From: Sporolactobacillus sp. | GTDB lineage: Bacteria; Bacillota; Bacilli; Bacillales; Sporolactobacillaceae | DNA: 64,000 bases | Reading direction: 5' to 3' | Assembly (NCBI GenBank): GCA_048976585.1 | Contig: JBHGUY010000009.1 | Coordinates: 148-64,147, forward strand | Shown: positions 40,841 to 49,409 of the stretch, piece by piece | Layout of the letters: each line of letters opens with the position of its first letter | How positions within the stretch are numbered: position 1 is the first letter of the stretch | The notes under the pieces: generated by a model | What the model saw: only the letters and a program-made list of their open reading frames with translations | What the model was told of the DNA's origin: nothing | Database searches by the model: none | Position numbers and translations under genes: made by a program

Positions 40841-41058
40841 TAGGGATCAATCCTTTTTTGAATTTTTCAAAAATGTTTTCTTCTACATGAATACTTTTTC
40901 TGTAGACGGTTATCACCAGTTTGATTTTTTTATTATTGTCTGAAACTTGCAAGATTGGCAGGTAGCCCTCTTATAGTTTTTATATTATTTACAGATGCGG
41001 CAATACTTCTCCAGAATGTGCCTCACATTTCACTGCACCTTTTTCAGCTTTAAAATAC

Positions 41059-41895
41059 TTAACTTTTTTTCTTCTTCGCTTCTCTCTTCATTTTATCCCG
41101 TTTTTTTTCCAAATTAAGATAGGCTTGCTCTGCCTTTTTACCCTTAGCGTCAATAACTGCCTGTTGCTCAGGGGTTAATCGGAACTTGCGAAAGCGCATC
41201 TGACAATACAGGAAGCTGAAAGAAGAAGGCGCGACAAGGTAATCTAAAAGAAGCGTCAAAATCAAAGTGGTAATCCAGATCATTATCAAGGTCACCGTAT
41301 TACTGGAATATCTCGGAATAATGAAGCCCAGAGCCACGGCTGCGCCGATAATACTCGAACCAAAAAGAGGAATTGCTGTTCCTTTGCCCTGACCTAAATG
41401 ATTTGAATCTCGATAGAACCCCTTTTTGGCATGAATAAAAAATCGGACAATGGCAGAAAGAAGAATGGAAAGTGCAAATAAAGAATAGATTACCAAGAAC
41501 AAATAATAATTCAGTGCTGGAATACTTATTTTTGTGCAAATTAAGAAAAATACTGCAAAATCAAAACACATTTTTGGCGGCCAAATAAAGGCAGTTAAAA
41601 GAACTGTTTTCTGCAAACAAAAACTAACTTTTCTCATAAGAAATAAAAGAGCAAACATAAGAAATATAATTGAGATGATCCCGTCAACAGCTAGAAACGG
41701 AAGATACTCTTTATGAAAAGATTGTCCAATCGTTATAGACCCAAAGAATGAAGCTATAAGTGTTCCTAGAGATAGAGCAGGATAAATATAGATCAGTCTG
41801 CCCAATGTGATTGGGTTGGAATTGCCTTGACGAGTACTCTTAAGAAAAAAAGCAAAATCTGTCTGATTCAGTTCATTCAATTTTTTCATAATCAA
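41059..41895 (-). CDS. Multi-pass membrane protein, likely cognate immunity for the LXG toxin (member 1)
   Basis: Starts ~20 nt after the toxin stop; 5-6 TM; charged C-terminal tail. Confidence 0.75.
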   Translation of the reverse strand: MIMKKLNELNQTDFAFFLKSTRQGNSNPITLGRLIYIYPALSLGTLIASFFGSITIGQSFHKEYLPFLAVDGIISIIFLMFALLFLMRKVSFCLQKTVLLTAFIWPPKMCFDFAVFFLICTKISIPALNYYLFLVIYSLFALSILLSAIVRFFIHAKKGFYRDSNHLGQGKGTAIPLFGSSIIGAAVALGFIIPRYSSNTVTLIMIWITTLILTLLLDYLVAPSSFSFLYCQMRFRKFRLTPEQQAVIDAKGKKAEQAYLNLEKKRDKMKREAKKKKS

Positions 41896-41913
41896 TCCCT
41901 ATTACCTCTCCAA

Positions 41914-43410
41914 TTAATGGAACCAAGAAATGATTTTATCGCTAATATGATGCAATCCATCTTTCGCCCAATCAATAGCACTTTTCTTTTTATAAATTGG
42001 ATAATTTAAAATAAATCCCAATGTCAATCCCGCAACAACACCAACAGCCATTCCAGCCGGTCCAAGTGCTACTCCCATTTCACCTCCCGCCAGTGCGGAA
42101 GCAGAAGCAGCCCCTACAGCTTCGCCAACTCCTGATGTTACTGCACCAGTCACGGTGTCTGTAGCAATATCATCCGTAACACGAGCGATATTTTTTGCGC
42201 CCATTTTTTTATTTCTATACTGATTGATATCTGAGGCGTATTCGGCAGCCGTTCCGACACCTGTCAATACTTTTCCAGATTTTGCAATATAACCGACATC
42301 ATTCCAGTTGTCAAATGTTTTAAAGGGTTTCATTAAATCAGTTAAATTTTTTTTGAACCCATTTGTAAAAGCTTGTTTCCGCGCTGTAGCATTCAAAGCA
42401 TAGTTAACTTCATCAGATTCATTCATTAAGGCACTGACGCGTTTTGTATAATTTCCCGAATTTTTCTTTTGGATCCGTATATATTGCCCGTTTGAGAAAT
42501 TGACATTAAATCTGCCTTTCACTTTTGAATGACCGTATCTATCCAAAAAGATTTTCATTGCTTTTTTATTACCTGTAACGCGTATATAATCGCCCTTCTT
42601 CACAATTCGCAGGCCTTTGATGCTGGCAACGATCTCCGGTAACGCCTTTAGGACTTCTTTCGTTTTATCAATTCCAAGACTTATACGCTCCGAACGATCA
42701 CTGTCGCCTTCCTTTTTCGCTTTTTCGATTTGTCTCGTTTTTTCTAATTGCGCCGTCTTTACTTTTAGTCTTTTCCCCAGTTCTGTTTTTGCGAAGCTGC
42801 CGGCCTGATAAAAATTGGTTTGGCCAAAATGAGGACTGTAACTCGTCTTGATCTTGGTCATCGCCTGTTCCAGCGTATTCAGCAGCGGCATGAGCTCGCC
42901 GGCATAATTCACTGAAGCAAAGCTTTCAAAATGCGTCTTCAGCTGAGTGATATCCTTTTCCTGCTGCGTCACATCATGAGTCAATCCGTCGGCGGACGGC
43001 ACGCGAAAAAAAGCAACATCGCTGACGGAACGGACGTCCGCCGCCAGCTGACGGTGAATGGTGTCAAAGTGATCCTTGAGCCGGTCGATGTCCTTGTGCA
43101 GTTCGCCGAGATGTTCGGAACGAATGACCGTATCCGGAGAGGCATCAACGTGGCTCTTAAATTGACTGAGCATTTTTTTGTAGGTCTGGGGCAGACTTTC
43201 ACTAATTTCACTCAAAGCCTTCAGAATGGGCAGGTGAACCTCTGAAAAATAGTTTTTGATACTGACGGCTGTAGCTCCCTGGATGGCGCTCAGAGAGCAA
43301 AGATCCTCGATCTCTCCCTGCACGGTCTGCAGTGCGCTGCGCGAGGAACTAGCCTCTGCGGCGAGTTCCGTCCCAATCTTATTCACTTCAGCTAAACGAA
43401 TTTTTGGCAT
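41914..43410 (-). CDS. LXG-domain polymorphic toxin with C-terminal glycine-zipper hydrophobic region
   Basis: N-terminal AIQGATAVSIKNYFSEVHLPIL LXG pattern; C-terminal GEAVG..GVALGPAGMAVGVVAGLTLG. Confidence 0.85.
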   Translation of the reverse strand: MPKIRLAEVNKIGTELAAEASSSRSALQTVQGEIEDLCSLSAIQGATAVSIKNYFSEVHLPILKALSEISESLPQTYKKMLSQFKSHVDASPDTVIRSEHLGELHKDIDRLKDHFDTIHRQLAADVRSVSDVAFFRVPSADGLTHDVTQQEKDITQLKTHFESFASVNYAGELMPLLNTLEQAMTKIKTSYSPHFGQTNFYQAGSFAKTELGKRLKVKTAQLEKTRQIEKAKKEGDSDRSERISLGIDKTKEVLKALPEIVASIKGLRIVKKGDYIRVTGNKKAMKIFLDRYGHSKVKGRFNVNFSNGQYIRIQKKNSGNYTKRVSALMNESDEVNYALNATARKQAFTNGFKKNLTDLMKPFKTFDNWNDVGYIAKSGKVLTGVGTAAEYASDINQYRNKKMGAKNIARVTDDIATDTVTGAVTSGVGEAVGAASASALAGGEMGVALGPAGMAVGVVAGLTLGFILNYPIYKKKSAIDWAKDGLHHISDKIISWFH

Positions 43411-43423
43411 CGCGTCCTACACC

Positions 43424-43714
43424 TTACTTTGTCTGTAATTCCGAGTCAATTTTTCGGGCCAATTGTTGATCGACTTTCACCATATCCGTGCCAACTTTTG
43501 TCAGCTTGCTGACTTCCATCTGCAGAGACTGATGATAATCCTGCAGGAGCTTCTGCCACTTATCAATGGCCTGGCACAATTCCTTGATGTTTCCTAAAGA
43601 AGTGTCCGAAAGCTGGGTATCCAGCGTTTTTCCCTTATCTAGCGCTTCAGATGCCCGCTTTAATTGATCAATTTTTAAAGTATAGGCGTGGGCATCAAAT
43701 TCGATTGGGCTCAT
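43424..43714 (-). CDS. LXG-associated small helical partner (YwqI/YxiC-like)
   Basis: 96 aa helical; C-terminal MVKVDQQLA export-arm-like motif; directly before the toxin. Confidence 0.7.
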   Translation of the reverse strand: MSPIEFDAHAYTLKIDQLKRASEALDKGKTLDTQLSDTSLGNIKELCQAIDKWQKLLQDYHQSLQMEVSKLTKVGTDMVKVDQQLARKIDSELQTK

Positions 43715-43725
43715 CTGTACACCTC

Positions 43726-44124
43726 CTATTTATTCTTTAGTGCGTTAAGTGAGGCATGCAGAGAGTGGATATCCGTCTGACATAAATCAAGACTCGCATT
43801 CAACGTGCGGATCTCATCCTGTACATCATCCTTCAGCCCACGGACGGCGTTCAGAAAAAGATGATAATCCGGCAAAGTGTCCGAATCCATTTGACCACTG
43901 AACTTTTTTCGTTTCGTGCCGGCCCATTCCGAAACCGGATTGTAGAGTGATTGAAATTTAGACTGATTGGCCTCAAAAGCGGATAAATGTTCGGTGATTT
44001 GGGCGATTAAATGCTTGAGCTGGCTGATCTTATCATTCAGCACCCGCTCTTGCCTCTGAAAAGTATCAATATCACGACGTAAATTCCCTCGCACCACATT
44101 CTCGGACTCTATCTGCATCTGCAT
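43726..44124 (-). CDS. LXG-associated helical partner (YwqH/DUF5082-like)
   Basis: 132 aa coiled-coil with central WAG (SEWAGTKRKKF). Confidence 0.7.
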   Translation of the reverse strand: MQMQIESENVVRGNLRRDIDTFQRQERVLNDKISQLKHLIAQITEHLSAFEANQSKFQSLYNPVSEWAGTKRKKFSGQMDSDTLPDYHLFLNAVRGLKDDVQDEIRTLNASLDLCQTDIHSLHASLNALKNK

Positions 44125-44152
44125 TTCTCCTTATACCTTTTTTAAAGGAAGT

Positions 44153-44196
44153 AAAAACAAAAACACCGAAACCCCGCTCGGAGCCCCGGTGTTTCC
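44153..44196 (-). terminator. Terminator/attenuator after esxA
   Basis: AAACACCG...CGGTGTTT stem followed by a T-tract on the minus strand. Confidence 0.7.
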
Positions 44197-44211
44197 GTGT
44201 AAAAGGATCGA

Positions 44212-44505
44212 TTAATTGTTGATCTGGCTGGCAATCTGCCGGTCAGTATCTTCCAGAATCGTTGCCGTTTTCGCCAATTGATGATTGATGTCTTCTAGAA
44301 GCTGCTGCATCTGATTGAATGACGGGCGTAATCTCTCATATTGAGATTTGAAGGCCTGGCTGGATGCACCTTCCCAGACCTGAGCAAGCTGGTTAATCAT
44401 ACCGTCAAGCCGTCCGATTAATTCACCGGTATTCGATGATTCCTGTCCATATTTTGCTGCATAGCTCCTCAATTCTTCCGGTGTCAGCCGAATTTGTCCT
44501 GCCAT
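44212..44505 (-). CDS. esxA: WXG100 protein EsxA/YukE
   Basis: MAGQIRLTPEEL, central WEG, 97 aa; strong SD GGAGG. Confidence 0.95.
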   Translation of the reverse strand: MAGQIRLTPEELRSYAAKYGQESSNTGELIGRLDGMINQLAQVWEGASSQAFKSQYERLRPSFNQMQQLLEDINHQLAKTATILEDTDRQIASQINN

Positions 44506-44638
44506 TTGAAAAAACCTCCTCGTTTTTTCCATGCGCAGCACTGCCCACGCATTTCATAAGTATTTGGACCACAGCCTTGTTTCCGAACCGTAGTCTCAAT
44601 TCTCGTCACAAAATAGACTTATTTGTCAACTTGTTCAT

Positions 44639-44734
44639 ATTATATATAAAAGAAAGCGTCTTGCCTACCGACTAATTGACTAAAAAAATTAATTGAATCG
44701 AAGCGTTTTCTGTCCATTCGACATAATTTGACAA
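44639..44734 (-). promoter_or_regulatory. Putative esxA promoter
   Basis: TATAAT at 44639-44644, weak -35, tandem TGTCGA/TGTCAA at 44718-44723 and 44728-44733. Confidence 0.5.
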
Positions 44735-44819
44735 CTTATACCCTGCCATAATTACCAGTCTTGGAAAATTTGTTTTTTTGATGAATCGAAACAGGCTCCT
44801 TTTTTTGAATGCATCTCGT

Positions 44820-45482
44820 CTAATCCTCCATTTTGATCAAGAGCTTTTTCTTTCCAACCTTCTCCACAAGATGAGCAGACAAAAGATGATGCATGATGCG
44901 GCTGATCGTCTCAGGTGCAACACCGATATATTCAGCCATATCCTGACTTGTCATGCCGAGCACAATAACAAACCGTCCGTCCGGCTGACACTTTCCTGTC
45001 TTCAAAGCAAGCCTTCGAAGAAATGTTAGATAGCGGTCGGATGCACTGCTGAAAATTGAATCTGAAAACCGATTCATCAATTCCTGACTTTTATCGGCAA
45101 GAAAGCAGGTCAGCTGATTTTGCAGTTCCGGAATAGTGTCGAAGGCTATCAGTGCCTTTTTCCGAGGCAGGACAAAAAGCGTGCTGTTTGAAACGGTTTC
45201 TGCGCTGGCCGGATAAACATAAGCATCCGTCAGCAAGCCCACATGTGGGAAAAAGTCATCAGATGAAAAAAGGCTGGCCACCCATTTCTTCCCGTCCGTG
45301 TTCTGTTGATAGACACTCACAAGCCCCTCCATGACAAAATAATACTCGGTCAAGGGCTTGCTTTGTAGAAACAGGGTTTCTCTCGCTGAATATGAGCGAT
45401 AAATGCCGCTTTCCTCAATTTCAGCACGTGTCGTTTCTGACAGTTTTTTAAACCATCCCTTCGCAGGCAAACGGACCATCAT
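44820..45482 (-). CDS. Crp/Fnr family transcriptional regulator
   Basis: cNMP-binding fold and C-terminal HTH MTSQDMAEYIGVAPETISR; no N-terminal Cys cluster. Confidence 0.88.
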   Translation of the reverse strand: MMVRLPAKGWFKKLSETTRAEIEESGIYRSYSARETLFLQSKPLTEYYFVMEGLVSVYQQNTDGKKWVASLFSSDDFFPHVGLLTDAYVYPASAETVSNSTLFVLPRKKALIAFDTIPELQNQLTCFLADKSQELMNRFSDSIFSSASDRYLTFLRRLALKTGKCQPDGRFVIVLGMTSQDMAEYIGVAPETISRIMHHLLSAHLVEKVGKKKLLIKMED

Positions 45483-45503
45483 CAGGCCTCCTTCATCTCA
45501 TTT

Positions 45504-45577
45504 TGTGATCTTCGCCACATTTATAGTACCAATTCTTGATCTAGCTCAAGGTATTCTTATGAAGTCTCTTTTATTAT
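45504..45577 (+). promoter_or_regulatory. Crp/Fnr-type boxes and class II promoter for the cupin-ferredoxin genes
   Basis: TGTGA-N6-CCACA at 45504-45519; TTGAT-N4-CTCAA at 45536-45549; TATTAT -10 at 45572-45577. Confidence 0.6.
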
Positions 45578-45643
45578 AGATGATAGAAGTTATCAATTAA
45601 ATTCATTTGCTGACTAGCGCAGCATCTTAGGGAGGAATAAAAA

Positions 45644-45937
45644 ATGAATGTCTTTTCATTTCAAGCGACAGATTCAATGAAGGAATTGCTTTATAGAGAT
45701 CCGGCCCAGGCTATCGCCCATTTGTCACTCAAAGCCGGACAAGAAGTACCGGAACATAGTGGTGCCGATGCAATCGTTACCGTTGTGCCGGTTATTGGTG
45801 AAATTATCTTTTCGACGCATGAACAGGTGGAGACGCTTGTTCCCGGAAAAATTGTTCGACTCAACGCGAGCGAACGTCATGCATTGAAAGCGATAAAAAA
45901 CAGTGAAATTATTGTTGTTAAATGGCAAAATGCCTGA
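45644..45937 (+). CDS. Small cupin domain protein
   Basis: LKAGQEVPEH...GEIIF...ERHALKA cupin pattern; SD GGGAGG. Confidence 0.75.
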   Translation: MNVFSFQATDSMKELLYRDPAQAIAHLSLKAGQEVPEHSGADAIVTVVPVIGEIIFSTHEQVETLVPGKIVRLNASERHALKAIKNSEIIVVKWQNA

Positions 45938-45967
45938 ATGGAAACAAACGAAAGGAGGGGGCAGCAA

Positions 45968-46243
45968 ATGGATGAAGAAAGTCAAAGCCGTTTGCTTTCC
46001 ATCTTTACACGTGTCAATAAGGAGACCTGCATCTCATGCGGGGCCTGTCAGGCGGCCGCACCCGATATCTTCGATGAAGACGATAGCGGACTTGCCTTCT
46101 CACTCATCGATAACAATCAAGGGATCCGGCCGATTCCTGAAGAATTATTGGATGATCTGGATGATGCCGAGGAAGGGTGTCCGACAGAATCGATTCTCAT
46201 CGCCAATCAACCTTTTCAGCCAGTAGAGAATCACATTCTGTAA
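45968..46243 (+). CDS. fer: Single-cluster ferredoxin
   Basis: CISCGAC...CP motif; SD GAAAGGAGG supports ATG 45968. Confidence 0.85.
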   Translation: MDEESQSRLLSIFTRVNKETCISCGACQAAAPDIFDEDDSGLAFSLIDNNQGIRPIPEELLDDLDDAEEGCPTESILIANQPFQPVENHIL

Positions 46244-46328
46244 TCTGGGGACGAGTGAGTCTCTTGTTCGCCTCCTAGCTGCATGATTCCGCTGATCTAA
46301 GCATCGAAAATTAAGCTGTTTTTAAAAC

Positions 46329-46356
46329 AAAAAAGCCAGTGTTCGCTGGCTTTTTT
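46329..46356. terminator. Bidirectional terminator
   Basis: AAAAAAGCCAG-loop-CTGGCTTTTTT. Confidence 0.85.
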
Positions 46357-46367
46357 ATCATTCTCTA

Positions 46368-47126
46368 TTACCAATCAATGGTCTGCGGATAGCTCTCATC
46401 ATCAAATTGAATCTGGCTAACTGGTACCTGATGAAGGGCCGATGTCTGTCGAATTTGAATCAGCATCTCTGGGTATTTTCCGGTACGGTGAATAATTTGA
46501 TCAATAAAAATCGGAAGATACTCCAAACGCTCCTCGCGGTTAGCCAAATTGATATAACTGATAGACAGTTTATCAATGAACTGAGTCATATAGCCACCAA
46601 AATAGGTATAAAAGTGTGTAATCGATTTGAGAAATTGCGTGTAGGTTTCCTCAGACGTCATTGTCCGATATTCAGCCAATACCGCCGTTTGCAAGCGACG
46701 AACCGCCGCGATATCCGGATCAAGCATCACTTTTGGAGCAAGCATCTTTTCCATATTATTCGTCTCTGCGAGCTTCGCGGCATGCAGCAGAATAAAATCA
46801 TTCAAGATGCTCACAATAAAAATCATTTCGATCCAGACCGTACGAAAGGAATACGCTACATTCTTCTCAGAAGTGACAACGCTTTGCCGCATCATAATGT
46901 CATGAGTCATCTGGTTGTCTATTAAACTGATTTCCCGGTTCCCCATATAGGCATGCCGCAAATCATACAGGAAGGCGAGCAGATGAATCCGCGCACCTGC
47001 GTATTCGATATATTCTCCTTCTTCACCAATGATCGCGAGCATGGCTTCATACAGTTCATAAAAATCATCAAAATCTCCCGTCAGCATGACTCCTGTTGCA
47101 TTTGCTGTCGTTTGTGCACTTAACAT
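46368..47126 (-). CDS. Conserved hypothetical protein (DUF6904-like, tentative)
   Basis: Long ORF; pattern GV.LTGDF.DF..LYE...YDLRHA.MG.RE; family name from memory only. Confidence 0.6.
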   Translation of the reverse strand: MLSAQTTANATGVMLTGDFDDFYELYEAMLAIIGEEGEYIEYAGARIHLLAFLYDLRHAYMGNREISLIDNQMTHDIMMRQSVVTSEKNVAYSFRTVWIEMIFIVSILNDFILLHAAKLAETNNMEKMLAPKVMLDPDIAAVRRLQTAVLAEYRTMTSEETYTQFLKSITHFYTYFGGYMTQFIDKLSISYINLANREERLEYLPIFIDQIIHRTGKYPEMLIQIRQTSALHQVPVSQIQFDDESYPQTIDW

Positions 47127-47384
47127 TTAATCCAATCTCCCAATCTATTATGTACTGCTATTCAATTAATATAACATGCCCGCCCGGTACTGTCTGCCCG
47201 TCAAAGTTATCCAGTGAAGGGAAGAAAGGTTGAAGAACTCCAACGACAAAAAAACACGCTCATCCCCGATCCGAGTCAAATGATCGTTTAAGGATGGCGT
47301 GTTTTAAATATTGCAGGATTAGACTTCAAACCCGAGAATTCATATCTTGATCCAATTTTAAGAAAGTGATACATTGCACAAAAT

Positions 47385-47948
47385 TCAGCGTCCCATCCCG
47401 CTAATCAGCAAATGGAACCATAAGGCGAGACCCAGAATGACCACGATGCCAGACAATGTATCCCAAAGCGGCATAAAAAATCCAATCAAATAGAGAAGAA
47501 TGATTCCAGTCATTAGCCACATCATTCCCAATCTGAGCCAGAGTGGCGCAACGGGAAGTAGCACAGCACCAATGGTCATTAAAACTAATCCGCCAACAAC
47601 GAAAGACATAAACTCACTGTTCATCAGGTTGATCGGGAATTGCGAGCCGCCCCAGAAAATTGTAATTATACCCAATAAGAGAAGTACATAGCTTAATATG
47701 GCAAGGCCAGACATCCCTTTCCCTCCTTTTATTAACTCTTCCTTCAGTTTCGCATCGCCTTTGACCAGTTCATCAATCGTAATATTGAAAAATTCGGACA
47801 GCTGAACCAACTTATCCAGATCTGGATAGCTTTGGCCGGTTTCCCACTTGGATATGGCCTGTCTGGAAACATGCAATTGTTCAGCAAGCACATCCTGAGA
47901 AATTTTTTTCTTCTCACGTTCACTTTTGATTCGTTTGGATAATTCCAT
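47385..47948 (-). CDS. XRE-family HTH protein with C-terminal transmembrane helices
   Basis: ISQDVLAEQLHVSRQAISKWETGQSYPD plus 4 TM. Confidence 0.85.
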   Translation of the reverse strand: MELSKRIKSEREKKKISQDVLAEQLHVSRQAISKWETGQSYPDLDKLVQLSEFFNITIDELVKGDAKLKEELIKGGKGMSGLAILSYVLLLLGIITIFWGGSQFPINLMNSEFMSFVVGGLVLMTIGAVLLPVAPLWLRLGMMWLMTGIILLYLIGFFMPLWDTLSGIVVILGLALWFHLLISGMGR

Positions 47949-48329
47949 GGTTTCCCTTCTTCTCAATTAAAATTAACTAATGACTCTTTTGCTTACGTTG
48001 CAATTATGTATAAGAGTTCCCTTTTAGTAAAGATACTTCTCGCTGCCATGGCCGCAACTCATGGTTGCATCTCTATTCTTAAAGTGTTTTTGACCTATAC
48101 CTACAGAAATTTAATAGCACGGATTTTCCGCTTCATTAATTGACCAAATAATTCATGTTCATACAATTGATTGTTTCGGCTGAACGATGTCACATTTCAA
48201 TGCCCAATTTCGATTGAACAATTAAATTTTTCCCTCTTCGCTTCAATTTTCTGTCCTCAGTCATCGCACTAACTTTTTTCATGGGCTAAAAAACGGGCCC
48301 ATCCTACTCAGGACGAGTCCGTATCCTTA

Positions 48330-49397
48330 TTATCTTTTAATTGCAGTTAATTCAGCGAGTATCTCATCGATATTGAGTTCAGCACCAGCCATCGAACGGT
48401 CGGAAACACCGTAATAAAGTCGCAACGTACGGTCATGCACGATCCCGCCACAGGTAAAGACAACTTCGCCGAAGAATCCCTTCTTCTCGTAGTCTTCCTC
48501 GGGTTCAAGCACCGGTTTTTCGGAACGGGCAAGGACCTTTGTCGGATCGTCCAGATCAAGCAGAACCGCGCCGAGACAATAACGATCATCCGCTGACATG
48601 CCATGATAGATTTCGAGCCAGCCCTGCGACGTTTTGATCGGAACCGCCCCCGCACCGATCCGCGCGCCATCCCACCTGCCCGGGCGAATCGGCAAAAGAT
48701 GCTGATGGTGACCCCACTCCAGTAGATTTTTAGAGCGAGCAATCCAAATATCCGGCTGGCCGACACTCTTCAGTGACGGACGATTTAGCGCATAATAATA
48801 ACCCTTGATTTTCTCAGGAAAGATGACCACATCTTTATTTTCAGGAGCAAAAATCAAACCATGATCCTGATAGCTGACAAAATCCTTTGTTTCGACCAAA
48901 TTCACACCGATACCAATCGGTGAAACTGCGCTGAAGGTGATATAGTATGAATCACCAATCGGCGTGATTCTCGAATCCTCGACGCCAAACAACTGATAAC
49001 GATTCGAGGGATAGATAAAAGGCTGCGCGTCAATCTTGAAGTGATGACCGTCTGTACTGCGTGCCAAGCGAAAATAGGATAAAGAAGTTAGACCGCAGAA
49101 TACATTGGGATGACTGGCTAGGCGAATGACCCGGTTATCATCAAAAAGATAGTCCGGATCATTCCGATCATAGGCCTGGGTAATCACTTGCTGCTGCTTC
49201 AAATCAAAGGAAGGAGATAATATCTTTCTACCCTGACTGATCGGGCGTTCCGCTACTCGCAGAAGCAGCAGGGTTTCGCCATTAAATTCTACCACACCGG
49301 CGTTGAAGGCCCCAATCACCTCGTAACCCTCATGGTATGGCGAAATATCTTCCGGTGTAATCAATGGATTTTCAGAAAAACGGTAAATGACTGGCAA
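48330..49397 (-). CDS. GH130 beta-mannoside phosphorylase (beta-1,2-mannobiose/oligomannan type)
   Basis: GAFNAG, GVEDSRIT, PENKDV, NRPS, RIGAG, EIYHG, VVFTCG. Confidence 0.88.
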   Translation of the reverse strand: MPVIYRFSENPLITPEDISPYHEGYEVIGAFNAGVVEFNGETLLLLRVAERPISQGRKILSPSFDLKQQQVITQAYDRNDPDYLFDDNRVIRLASHPNVFCGLTSLSYFRLARSTDGHHFKIDAQPFIYPSNRYQLFGVEDSRITPIGDSYYITFSAVSPIGIGVNLVETKDFVSYQDHGLIFAPENKDVVIFPEKIKGYYYALNRPSLKSVGQPDIWIARSKNLLEWGHHQHLLPIRPGRWDGARIGAGAVPIKTSQGWLEIYHGMSADDRYCLGAVLLDLDDPTKVLARSEKPVLEPEEDYEKKGFFGEVVFTCGGIVHDRTLRLYYGVSDRSMAGAELNIDEILAELTAIKR

Positions 49398-49409
49398 AAT
49401 AAAAGCCTC

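Noticed and set aside
46407-46925. 172-aa plus-strand ORF
   Set aside because: It is fully antisense to a better-supported gene.
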